64,000 bases of DNA, from assembly GCA_963843145.1 (NCBI GenBank), contig CAWJJC010000028.1, positions 672,001 through 736,000 on the forward strand. The letters run 5' to 3'. Positions 10,908-19,847 of this stretch are shown piece by piece. This stretch comes from an uncultured delta proteobacterium (GTDB taxonomy: Bacteria; Desulfobacterota; RBG-13-43-22). Position 1 is the stretch's first letter. Every line of letters starts with the position of its first letter. A model generated the notes under the pieces. The model ran no database searches. It was not told where the DNA came from and saw only the letters and a program-made list of their open reading frames with translations. The position numbers and the translations under genes were made by a program.

Positions 10908-11384
10908 ATGGAACGTATTGATCTCAGAAAACTTGACCCGGATTTCAAGCATCGGCTGGCCCGGGAACTGGGCGGGGAGCATATCCGCAATTGCTATGCC
11001 TGCGGGGTCTGTTCGGCCCGGTGTCCCATCGAAAAGATCGAACCGGAATTCAACCCCCGGAAGATGATTCGGATGATTCTCCTGGGAATGGAGGAGGACC
11101 TGCTTAAACAGGATCTTCTCTGGCATTGCTCCAACTGCTACACCTGCCAGGAGAGCTGTCCGGAAAAAGTGAATTTCACCGAAGTGATTTTTGCTTTGAG
11201 AAATATGGCCGTTCGCCAGGGCCTGGCCCCCCCGGGTATGGGTGCGGCCCAGAACCTCCTCGGTCAGCAGGGGCGGATGTATGAAGTGGGCGAATTCGAA
11301 AATGAAAAGCGGCAGGAACTGGGGTTGCCGAAGATTAAGATGGATACCGTAAGCATTAGAAAAATATTGGAAGATAAAGAATAA
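10908..11384 (+). CDS. hdrC: Heterodisulfide reductase subunit C
   Basis: CYACGVCSARCP, FNPRKMIR, WHCSNCYTCQESCP. Confidence 0.92.
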   Translation: MERIDLRKLDPDFKHRLARELGGEHIRNCYACGVCSARCPIEKIEPEFNPRKMIRMILLGMEEDLLKQDLLWHCSNCYTCQESCPEKVNFTEVIFALRNMAVRQGLAPPGMGAAQNLLGQQGRMYEVGEFENEKRQELGLPKIKMDTVSIRKILEDKE

Positions 11385-11390
11385 CGGAGG

Positions 11391-11523
11391 TTAAACTCGA
11401 AACTCGAAATCCGAAACAAATTCAAATGACCAAATATCAAAATTCGAAACCTTCCCGTTTTAATCATTTGAATTTTGGAAATTCGTGCTTGTTTCGGATT
11501 TCGTGCTTCGAATTTCGGATTTA
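11391..11523. repeat. Palindromic miniature element (CGAAAT/TTTCG family), copy 1
   Basis: CGAAATCCGAAACAAATTCAAATGA ... TCATTTGAATTT...GCTTGTTTCGGATTTCG; same arms at 59488-59757. Confidence 0.85.
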
Positions 11524-11539
11524 GGGTTTTGCCATATTT

Positions 11540-12421
11540 ATGCGATACGCCTTTTTCCTGGGCTGCACCGTCCCGGTGCGCAACTTAAATTATGAATTGG
11601 CCTCTCGCCGGGTGGCTGAAAGGCTGGAGCTCGAGCTGGTGGACCTGGAAGAATTCCAGTGCTGCGGATTTCCCCTGAAGTCTATCAGTTTTATCGATTC
11701 CCTGGTCGTCGCCGCCCGCAATCTGGCCCTGGCCGAGCAGGCCGGACTCCCGGTCTGTACCCTCTGCAGCGCCTGCGGCGGGTCTTTGAGTGAGGCTCAT
11801 CATCTGCTGGAACAGCATCCGGAACTCAAGGCCCAGGTCAATGAGCGCTTGCGTGTCTTGGGTCTGGAATATAAGGGTTCTTCCGAGGTCAAGCATTTTG
11901 TCCGGGTTTTATATGAGGAAGTGGGCCTGGGAAAGATAGCCGAGAAAATCAGTCGCCCCCTGACCGGTTTTTCTTTTGCCCCCCATTACGGGTGCCATTA
12001 TATCAAACCGGCCGAAGCAACGGGGGGGCTGGACCCGGTGGAAGATCCGATCACCCTGACCCGGCTGATCGAGGTCACCGGGGCCTCCGCGACCGTGTAT
12101 CCTTCACTGCTTCAGTGCTGCGGTGGAGGCGTCCTAGGGGCCAAAGAGGACCTGGCCAACACCCTGGCAGGTGAAAAATTGGGGGAATTGAATCAGTTAG
12201 GCACTACCGGGCTGGTGGTGATCTGCCCCTTTTGCAACGTTATGTTTGAGGGACAGCAAAAGAAAATCGAGAAGAAACTGGATCAGAAACTGAAGGTGCC
12301 GGTACTCTATTACCCGCAACTGTTGGGTCTGGCTATGGGGTTCACCCCGGATCAACTGGGTTTCAAGTTGAACCGGGTTAAGGACAAGGAGTTCCTTAAA
12401 AAGATGGAGGCGGCTAAATGA
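11540..12421 (+). CDS. hdrB: Heterodisulfide reductase subunit B (two CCG domains)
   Basis: YAFFLGC, QCCG, CSAC, HYGCH, QCCG, CPFC, QLLGLAMG. Confidence 0.93.
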   Translation: MRYAFFLGCTVPVRNLNYELASRRVAERLELELVDLEEFQCCGFPLKSISFIDSLVVAARNLALAEQAGLPVCTLCSACGGSLSEAHHLLEQHPELKAQVNERLRVLGLEYKGSSEVKHFVRVLYEEVGLGKIAEKISRPLTGFSFAPHYGCHYIKPAEATGGLDPVEDPITLTRLIEVTGASATVYPSLLQCCGGGVLGAKEDLANTLAGEKLGELNQLGTTGLVVICPFCNVMFEGQQKKIEKKLDQKLKVPVLYYPQLLGLAMGFTPDQLGFKLNRVKDKEFLKKMEAAK

Positions 12422-12436
12422 AGGAGGGATTGCAAC

Positions 12437-12471
12437 AATAATTAATAATCAATTGTTAATTATTAATTATT
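12437..12471. repeat. AT-rich palindrome family, copy 1
   Basis: AATAATTAATAATCAATTGTTAATTATTAATTATT; relatives at 17085, 18027, 53022. Confidence 0.75.
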
Positions 12472-12584
12472 AAAATCATCAGGTTATGGCTTCAGCTCAT
12501 CCGTTTTAAATTCATTTATCGCGGGTGCCCACCCCGGGCAGCGCGGTTTAGCCAATAAATCCAGAGGAATAAAGGAGGAGCGTC

Positions 12585-13016
12585 ATGGAGATCGAAGGGT
12601 ATGATTTTCCCGATGAATTATGGTATGATAAGAACCACTTCTGGGCCCGGATCGAAGGGGATACGGTCGTCATGGGTACCACCGACTTTGCCCAGAAACT
12701 GGCCGGCGAAATCGGATATGTGGAACTGCCGGAAGCCGGACAAAAAGTGACCCAGGGCAAGCCTTTCGGTTCCATCGAATCCGGTAAATGGGTGGGACGG
12801 ATTTATGCGGTCCTTTCCGGTCAGGTGACGGAGGTCAACGAGGCCTTGGAGGACGAACCGGAATTGATTAATAACTCGGCGTATGATCAAGGCTGGATCT
12901 GCAAGCTTTCTCCTGAAAACCTGGACGCGGAAAAAGCCAACCTGATGACGGCCGCTGATCTGAAGCCCTTTATCGAAGCCGAGGTGGCTCGGGTGAAGGA
13001 ATTGATGAATAAATAA
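12585..13016 (+). CDS. Lipoyl-carrier protein, GcvH family (LbpA-like ESGKWVG motif)
   Basis: GcvH features (HFWAR, GTTDFAQ, EVNEAL..PELIN..Y..GW); lipoyl Lys in GSIESGKWVG; AAGGAGG RBS. Confidence 0.88.
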   Translation: MEIEGYDFPDELWYDKNHFWARIEGDTVVMGTTDFAQKLAGEIGYVELPEAGQKVTQGKPFGSIESGKWVGRIYAVLSGQVTEVNEALEDEPELINNSAYDQGWICKLSPENLDAEKANLMTAADLKPFIEAEVARVKELMNK

Positions 13017-13020
13017 AATC

Positions 13021-13118
13021 AAGAAAAAAGGTTAAAGGATAAAGGAAAAAGGATAGAGGACAAGCAGGGACCAACAAGGTTTGGGTGTTTTTTCTCGTTT
13101 CTCGATCCTCGATCCTTG
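13021..13118. repeat. Heptamer-periodic element (AAAGGAT / ATCCTCG family)
   Basis: AAAGGTT AAAGGAT AAAGGAA AAAGGAT AGAGGAC ... TCTCGTT TCTCGAT CCTCGAT CCT. Confidence 0.6.
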
Positions 13119-13132
13119 AGGAAGGAGTCTTT

Positions 13133-15715
13133 ATGGGTTATATTGATGAATTGAAACAGGTGCTGGGTCCGGAAAACGTCAATACCGGGGAAATCGATTG
13201 CTTTAGTGTTTCCCGGGATCTCTCGGTACACGAAGGGTTTCCGGAGGTCATCGTCTTTGCCCGCAGTACCGAGGAAGTGGTGGGCGTGGTCAAAGTCGCG
13301 GCAGCCCATAAAATCCCGGTGACGGCCCGGGGGGCTGGAACCAGCGCGACCGGGGCGGCCCTGGCCTCCAAGGGCGGTATTCTGCTCGATCTCTCCCACA
13401 TGAATAAGATCAAAGAATTGAATAAGAACGACCGGTACGTCAGCGTGGAACCGGGGATCATCTGCAACGCCTTGAACGCCCAGTTGGAACCGACCCATTT
13501 TTTCCCTCCGGACCCCGGCAGCGCTCCTATCTGCACTATCGGTGGGATGATTGCTTGCAACGCCAGCGGGGTCCGGGCCGTGAAATACGGGACCACCCGG
13601 GACTATGTCATGGGGTTGGAGGTAGTCCTGGCCGACGGCCGGCTTATTCATACCGGATCGCTGGCTCCCAAAACCGCGGCCGGATATGATCTGACGCACC
13701 TCTTCGCCTCATCGGAAGGGACCTTGGGCATTATTACCTCCGCCACGTTGAAGATTCTACCCAAACCTCCCTATATCGCTTTTGCCAAAGCTTCCTTCCC
13801 TTCCATCGAAACGGCCGGCCGAACCGTGGAAAAGATCCTCTCTTCCGGGATCCGCCTGTCTTCGTGTGAAATCCTGGACGATATGTCGATCGAGGTGGTC
13901 AAAAAGGCCATGAAGCTCGACTTTCCGCCCGAAGTGAAATGCGTCCTCTTCATGGAAATCGACGGCCACAAGCTGGAAGTCCAGGATTACATTTCCCGGA
14001 TCAACGCCCTCTGTAAAGAAATGGGGGGCATAGAAAACGAATGGTCGGACGACCCGGCCCAACGATTGGCCATGTGGTCGGCCCGACAAGGTCTGACTCC
14101 CGCCTTGTCCAGGATCAAACCGGGTTACCGGTTGATACCGATCGTGGAAGATTTCGGAATGCCCATCAGCCAAATCCCGGCCACGATCACCGCGATCCAG
14201 GACGTGGGGAAGCGGCATAATTTCCCGATCGCCACCTTCGGCCATATCGGGGATGGAAATTTACACGCCGTCATTGTCATGGATGTGCGCAAAAAGGAAG
14301 AGTGGGAAACCTTGCGCAAGATCGCTCAGGATTTCATCGACCTCACCCTCAAATTCCGCGGCACTTTGACGGCGGAACATGGCCTGGGTATGGCCAAGTC
14401 GCCCTATATTAAGGCCGAACTGGGAAACGCCCTGGAGGTCATGGAACAAATTAAGAAGACCCTGGATCCGGACAACATCTTCAATCCGGGGAAGATGGGC
14501 TTTGCGGACAGCCCCCAAGACATTCTGGGACAGTTCGCCTTCGCCTATCTTCTGGAACATCCGGAAGACCGCCAAAGCTTCGGGGAAAAGATTGATAACG
14601 AGCTCCTGGCTTGCATCCAGTGCGGGTTCTGCCGGGCTGGTTGTCCCACGTACACCCAGACCGGCCTGGAGTCCATGAATGCTCGAGGCCGGGTCCTGCT
14701 GGCTTTTAATTTGATGAGCGGTCGTCTTAAACCCTCGGCCGAAATGGCAACCCGACTCTACCAGTGCACCAACTGCCTGAACTGCAAATACACCTGCCCT
14801 TCCCGGGTGGAGGTGGCGGATATCGTCCAGGCCGCCCGTAAGCGTCTGGCGGAAAACGGCTTTTTGCCCGAGGTCTTTCAAGCCGGCAGTAAGAGTATTA
14901 TCCAGTACGGGAATCCTTTCGGAGAACCCCGGGAAAAGCGGACCGACACCTTCCCGACCGGATTTCAGCCGGCGCAAAAGGGGGCCGAGGTGCTGCTCTT
15001 TGGCGGCTGCGTGGGGTCCTATCAGGATGTCAACCTGATACCCAACCTGATGGCTATTTTAGACAAGGCCGGAATCTCCTATACGGCCCTGGGGCAGGAA
15101 GAGGACTGTTGCGGGTATCTGAGTTACCTGATCGGGCGGGAAGAGGATTTCCGGACTTGCGTGGCCGGTAATACCCGAAAATTTGCCGAGTTGGGCGTTA
15201 AAGAAATCGTTACCAGTTGCCCCGGCTGCTACCGGACTTTGAGTAAACTTTACCCCGCCTACGGGGGCAGTTCGGCGATCAAGGTCCATCATGTCACTAC
15301 CTTCCTGAACGACTTGCTGAGCCAGGGGAAAATCCCGCTGAAGGGCAACGGCGCTCAGAAGATTGCCTATCATGACCCCTGCGACCTGGGCCGCCACATG
15401 AACATCTTTGAGGAGCCGCGTAATGTGTTGAAAAGCCTGCCCGGCGTGGAGTTGACCGAGTTTAAACTCAACCGTCTGCTGGCCAAGTGCTGCGGCAGCG
15501 GGGGAGGAGTGAAAGGTTTTGACAACCCCCTCAGTCAGGACATCGCCTACCAGCGCGTCCTCCAGGCCCTGGAAGTGGGGGCCGAGGTGATCGTTTCCGC
15601 CTGCCCCTCCTGCAAGAGTAACCTGACCCAAGGGGCGGCCCGGGTACGGAAGGAAAAGAAAGGAAAGATCAAAGTCAAGGATATTACCGAGGTCGTGGCG
15701 GCGGCTTTGGCTTAA
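13133..15715 (+). CDS. FAD-linked 2-hydroxyacid dehydrogenase (GlcD/LdhD-like) fused to 2x[4Fe-4S] and two CCG domains (GlcF/HdrD-like)
   Basis: RGAGTS, PPDPGS, YGTTRDYV, SEGTLG, GHIGDGNLH, AEHGLG, NPGK; CIQCGFC..CP, CTNCLNC..CP, DCCG, YHDPC, KCCG, CPSC; AAGGAG RBS before ATG 13133. Confidence 0.9.
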   Translation: MGYIDELKQVLGPENVNTGEIDCFSVSRDLSVHEGFPEVIVFARSTEEVVGVVKVAAAHKIPVTARGAGTSATGAALASKGGILLDLSHMNKIKELNKNDRYVSVEPGIICNALNAQLEPTHFFPPDPGSAPICTIGGMIACNASGVRAVKYGTTRDYVMGLEVVLADGRLIHTGSLAPKTAAGYDLTHLFASSEGTLGIITSATLKILPKPPYIAFAKASFPSIETAGRTVEKILSSGIRLSSCEILDDMSIEVVKKAMKLDFPPEVKCVLFMEIDGHKLEVQDYISRINALCKEMGGIENEWSDDPAQRLAMWSARQGLTPALSRIKPGYRLIPIVEDFGMPISQIPATITAIQDVGKRHNFPIATFGHIGDGNLHAVIVMDVRKKEEWETLRKIAQDFIDLTLKFRGTLTAEHGLGMAKSPYIKAELGNALEVMEQIKKTLDPDNIFNPGKMGFADSPQDILGQFAFAYLLEHPEDRQSFGEKIDNELLACIQCGFCRAGCPTYTQTGLESMNARGRVLLAFNLMSGRLKPSAEMATRLYQCTNCLNCKYTCPSRVEVADIVQAARKRLAENGFLPEVFQAGSKSIIQYGNPFGEPREKRTDTFPTGFQPAQKGAEVLLFGGCVGSYQDVNLIPNLMAILDKAGISYTALGQEEDCCGYLSYLIGREEDFRTCVAGNTRKFAELGVKEIVTSCPGCYRTLSKLYPAYGGSSAIKVHHVTTFLNDLLSQGKIPLKGNGAQKIAYHDPCDLGRHMNIFEEPRNVLKSLPGVELTEFKLNRLLAKCCGSGGGVKGFDNPLSQDIAYQRVLQALEVGAEVIVSACPSCKSNLTQGAARVRKEKKGKIKVKDITEVVAAALA

Positions 15716-15746
15716 AGACAACTCGTAATGCCTAGAGGAACATAAG

Positions 15747-16967
15747 ATGAAGGCGATTCAGTCTGCCAAAATAATGAAAAAGATCATGGCCGATCACTTC
15801 CTGAATCTCGACCGGGCTGCCCGGGCGGGAAAACCCAAGGTGGCCTGGTGCACCAGCGTGGGACCGGCCGAACTGCTGCGGGGGATGGGTTTCCTGGTCT
15901 ATTTCCCCGAAAATCACGGGGCCATGCTGGGCGCCACCCGAATGGCCACGGAATTCATCCCCGTGGCCAATGCCAGGGGCTACTCGCCGGAGATCTGTTC
16001 TTACCTGACCAGCGATGTGGGATCCTACTTGAAAAAAACGACGCCTCTGACGAAAGCCTACGGGCTGGAGTCCGTTCCCCGGCCCGACGTGCTGGTCTTT
16101 AATACCAACCAGTGCCGGGATGTGAAGGATTGGTTTTCCTGGTACTCACGGGAACTGCAGGTGCCGGTGTTGGGAATCCATTCCTATCGCAATATCGGGA
16201 CCATCACCGAGCATGAAATACGGGATATTGCGGAACAGATCAAAGGCTTGATACCCACCCTGGAGGAGGTTAGCGGGGAAAAATTCGACCTGGACCGCTT
16301 CCGGGAGGCGGTGGGTCTCTCCCGGGATACCTCCCGGCTTTGGCGGGCCGTACTGGAGACCGCCGCCACCATTCCCTCTCCCTGGACCTTTTTTGACGCC
16401 ACCATTCATATGGGTCCGGCCGTGGTGGCCAGGGGCACCCGGGAGGCGGTGGATTACTATCGGATACTGCTAACGGAGCTCCAGCAACGGGTTAAAGACG
16501 GTGTGGCCGCCATCGAGGGGGAAAAGCACCGCCTGTACTGGGAGGGCATGCCCATCTGGGGGAAATTGCGTCCTTTGTCGGACCTACTGGAATCTCTCCG
16601 TACCTGTGTGGTGGCCTCCACCTACTGCAACAGTTGGATCTTCGATCAATTAGACCCCGACGATCCCTTCGATAGCATGGCCCGGGCCTATACCGAACTG
16701 TTTATCGTGCGGGATGAAAGCTACAAAGAGCAGTATATCCAGAATTGTTTTGAACGATTCAAATTTGACGGAATCCTCTTCCATGACGCCCGGACCTGCC
16801 CCAATAATTCCAACAGCCGCTATGGGATGCCGGAACGGCTGGCCCGCAAATTAGGGATATCCACGGTAACCATTAACGGGGATCTCAATGATTTGCGTTG
16901 TTACTCCGAAGAGCAGGCCAGGACCCAGATCGAAGCCTTTGTGGAACAGTTGGAGGAAAAGCGCTGA
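15747..16967 (+). CDS. 2-hydroxyacyl-CoA dehydratase / class I benzoyl-CoA reductase family subunit
   Basis: PAELL..MG...FPENH, GYSPEICSY, NQC, DGILFHDARTC, IEAFVE. Confidence 0.85.
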   Translation: MKAIQSAKIMKKIMADHFLNLDRAARAGKPKVAWCTSVGPAELLRGMGFLVYFPENHGAMLGATRMATEFIPVANARGYSPEICSYLTSDVGSYLKKTTPLTKAYGLESVPRPDVLVFNTNQCRDVKDWFSWYSRELQVPVLGIHSYRNIGTITEHEIRDIAEQIKGLIPTLEEVSGEKFDLDRFREAVGLSRDTSRLWRAVLETAATIPSPWTFFDATIHMGPAVVARGTREAVDYYRILLTELQQRVKDGVAAIEGEKHRLYWEGMPIWGKLRPLSDLLESLRTCVVASTYCNSWIFDQLDPDDPFDSMARAYTELFIVRDESYKEQYIQNCFERFKFDGILFHDARTCPNNSNSRYGMPERLARKLGISTVTINGDLNDLRCYSEEQARTQIEAFVEQLEEKR

Positions 16968-17084
16968 GCGCCCGGCGTATAGCGCCGAGCGCTAAATCCA
17001 AGACCAAAAGGGTTTAGGGAGTAAGCGTGCGGGTATGGGGGTTAGTACGTAAATAGACTCAATGAGTCTGCAACCCAGCGAAGC

Positions 17085-17127
17085 CAATAATCAATAATCA
17101 ATGGTTAATGATAAATTGATTATTAAT
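17085..17127. repeat. AT-rich heptamer palindrome, degenerate copy
   Basis: CAATAAT CAATAAT CAATGGT TAATGAT AAATTGA TTATTAA. Confidence 0.6.
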
Positions 17128-17231
17128 ATCATGCGGTTAGTAAGTTTCCGCATCCCTATTATTTTCATGCTTCGGGGTAACCCCCGGCGAGGCATGAGGG
17201 CTTAATACGAAAAGAACAAAACGAATATTAT

Positions 17232-18020
17232 ATGCCTAAAAACGAGATCTTCGCCGGTGTGGATGTAGGCTCATCGACTACCAAGGTGGTCTTGATCGAT
17301 GGGGAAAAGAATCTACTGGGTTGGGCGGTGCGAAAGTCGGGGACCGACCTGGCCAATATGGCTGAGCTTTGCCTCCGGGAGGCCCTGACCGCGGCCGGAA
17401 TCGAGGAGCGGCCCCATTACTTGAGGACGATCGCCACAGGGTATGGTCGAAAAAACGTCCCCTATCGGGAGGGGGACAAAACCGAGATCAGTTGCCACGC
17501 GAAAGGGTGCTATTTTTATTTTCCCGAGGCGATCACCGTGATTGATATCGGCGGGCAGGACAACAAGGTCATCCAACTGGATGAAAAAGGCCGGGGGATC
17601 AATTTTAAGATGAACCGGAAATGCGCGGCCGGGACCGGGGCCTTCTTAGAGGAAATGGCCCTGCGTCTGGATATCCCACTGGCCGAAATGAATCGATTGG
17701 CGGTTCAGTCCACCGACCTGGTGGAACTGGGAAGCTTCTGTACGGTTTTCTCGGCCACGGAAGTCCTGGAAAAGATCCGTCAGGGAAAGCTGGTCAGCGA
17801 TATCGTCAAGGGACTTTTTTTATCCGTGCTGAAAAGGGTTTTGGAAATGGACCTTTTGACCGAGCAGGTGGTCATGACCGGCGGGGTGGTGGCCTATAAC
17901 CCTTATTTGGTGGCCATGATGGCGGAATTAATCGAGCGGCCGATCAGGGTGCCGGAGCATCCCCAGCTCACCGGTGCCCTGGGGGCGGCCCTGTTTGCGG
18001 CGGAGGGGGCTTCAGCCTGA
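17232..18020 (+). CDS. ATP-dependent [4Fe-4S] activator (HgdC/BcrAD family, ASKHA ATPase)
   Basis: GVDVGSSTTK, ATGYGR, IDIGGQD, MNRKCAAGTG, SFCTVF, TGALGAA. Confidence 0.92.
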   Translation: MPKNEIFAGVDVGSSTTKVVLIDGEKNLLGWAVRKSGTDLANMAELCLREALTAAGIEERPHYLRTIATGYGRKNVPYREGDKTEISCHAKGCYFYFPEAITVIDIGGQDNKVIQLDEKGRGINFKMNRKCAAGTGAFLEEMALRLDIPLAEMNRLAVQSTDLVELGSFCTVFSATEVLEKIRQGKLVSDIVKGLFLSVLKRVLEMDLLTEQVVMTGGVVAYNPYLVAMMAELIERPIRVPEHPQLTGALGAALFAAEGASA

Positions 18021-18026
18021 AAAGAA

Positions 18027-18070
18027 TAACAATTAATAATCAACAATCAATTGTTAATTATTAATTGTTA
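18027..18070. repeat. AT-rich palindrome family copy
   Basis: TAACAATTAATAAT...ATTATTAATTGTTA; one extra heptamer relative to the 12437 copy. Confidence 0.75.
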
Positions 18071-18190
18071 AGGTAAGAACAACCGGTTCGAGGTCCCTCG
18101 CGGGGAGGGATGGGGTGAGGGAGCCAAGGTCAGTAAAAGCTATTTACCTACTACAGGTTTAGAACATTACATAAAGAGGAGGAAGCAAAC

Positions 18191-19774
18191 ATGCTGAAAA
18201 CCCGATGGATCCATATGGGGACGGCGCTGAAAATGAACGCCATCAATTATCCGGATAAACTGGGCTGGCAGGACAAAAGCAAGGAATTCACCTTTAAAGA
18301 GTGGAACGAGCGATCCTGCCGGATGGCCCATGCGCTACGGAAAATGGGCGTTAACTACAAGGACCGGTTCGCCATCCTGGCTTTCAACCGGGGGGAATGG
18401 ATGGACATCTATGCCGCCTGCGCCAAGGGCGGGCAGATTGCCGTGCCGCTCATGTTTCGCCTGGCTCCACCGGATATCGAGTATATTGTCAACCATTCGG
18501 GTTGTCAGGCTTTTATCGTGGAAGAATCTTTTGTCTCGATGATCAACGAGATTAAGAGCAAACTTCCCGTTCCCGCCGGAAATTATATCTATTTGGGCGA
18601 GGGCCCGGCGCCCGAGGGGTATATCGGCTATGAGGACTGGCTGGCCCAGGCCTCTCCGAACGAACAGGATTACCTGGTGGATGCCGCCGATCCCTGGACC
18701 TTCATGTACACCTCCGGGACCACCGGAAGGCCCAAGGGCGTGGTGCGTTCCCACGAGGCCAATATGTCCATGTATTATCTGAACAACATCAATATGGGCG
18801 TTCAACCCACGGACAAGGTCATGCTGGTCATGCCCATGTGTCATGTGAACTCTATTTTCTATTCCTTTCCCTATACCTTGGTCAGCGCGCCGGTCTTTGT
18901 CTATAATCTGGTTTCTTTTGATCCGGTGGATCTGCTCCAGACCATCGAAAAATACCAGATTACCTTTACCTCCCTGGTACCCACCCACTACATCATGATT
19001 CTGTCTTTGCCGGAAGAGGTGAAAAATACCTACGATGTTTCCGCCATGCGGCAACTGCTGATTTCTTCGGCCCCGGCCCGCAAGGACCTGAAACTGGCCA
19101 TCATGCAGTATTTCAAGAATGCCGAGCTCTGGGAGGCTTACGGCTCCACCGAAGGCGGTCTGGTGACGCTGCTGCGACCCGAGGATCAGTTCAAGAAGCT
19201 GGGTTCCATCGGCCGGGAAATTTTCGGGACCGACCGGATCAAGGTTTTGGATGAAAACCGGCAGCCCGTTCCGGATGGTCAGGTGGGCGAACTCTTTTAC
19301 CGGACTCCGCACCTCTTCACCGAGTACTGGCAGGCCCCGGAAAAGACCCTGGAGGCGTTTGAGGGAGAATGGTCCACGGCCGGAGATATGGTCCGACGGG
19401 ATGAAGACGGCTATTATGTGCTGGTGGACCGCAAGGCCAACATGATCATCACCGGCGGCGAGAATGTCTATCCTTCCGAGGTGGAGAATGTGGTCGGCGG
19501 CCATCCGGCGGTAAAGGATGTGGCCATCATCGGAATCCCCGACGCCAAATGGGGCGAGGCCATCAAGGCGATAGTCATCCTGAACGAAGGCTACCAGGCA
19601 TCTCCGGAATTGCAGAAGGATATCATGAATTTTTGCAGCGGGAAGATTGCCGGGTACAAAAAGCCCAAGACCATTGATTTTATCAAGGATGATGAGATGC
19701 CGCGGACGGGTACCGGGAAAATCCTGCACCGCATGCTCCGCGAAAAATACGGCACCTGGAGCGACCAGCGTTAA
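18191..19774 (+). CDS. AMP-forming acyl-CoA synthetase
   Basis: YTSGTTGRPKG, YGSTEG, TAGD, GGENVYPSEVE, PRTGTGKI. Confidence 0.92.
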   Translation: MLKTRWIHMGTALKMNAINYPDKLGWQDKSKEFTFKEWNERSCRMAHALRKMGVNYKDRFAILAFNRGEWMDIYAACAKGGQIAVPLMFRLAPPDIEYIVNHSGCQAFIVEESFVSMINEIKSKLPVPAGNYIYLGEGPAPEGYIGYEDWLAQASPNEQDYLVDAADPWTFMYTSGTTGRPKGVVRSHEANMSMYYLNNINMGVQPTDKVMLVMPMCHVNSIFYSFPYTLVSAPVFVYNLVSFDPVDLLQTIEKYQITFTSLVPTHYIMILSLPEEVKNTYDVSAMRQLLISSAPARKDLKLAIMQYFKNAELWEAYGSTEGGLVTLLRPEDQFKKLGSIGREIFGTDRIKVLDENRQPVPDGQVGELFYRTPHLFTEYWQAPEKTLEAFEGEWSTAGDMVRRDEDGYYVLVDRKANMIITGGENVYPSEVENVVGGHPAVKDVAIIGIPDAKWGEAIKAIVILNEGYQASPELQKDIMNFCSGKIAGYKKPKTIDFIKDDEMPRTGTGKILHRMLREKYGTWSDQR

Positions 19775-19830
19775 ATTCTGACCTCCATTGTTCTGAGAAT
19801 TTGTCTCTAACAATGGCGGTCAGAATTTAA
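19771..19830. terminator. Long hairpin between convergent genes (possible bidirectional terminator)
   Basis: 22-nt arms TTAAATTCTGACCTCCATTGTT / AACAATGGCGGTCAGAATTTAA, one mismatch. Confidence 0.6.
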
Positions 19831-19847
19831 AGAAAAAGACGTTTTGG

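Noticed and set aside
914-19813. Long antisense ORFs such as 914-2311 and 18335-19813
   Set aside because: Shadow frames of GC-rich genes on the opposite strand.
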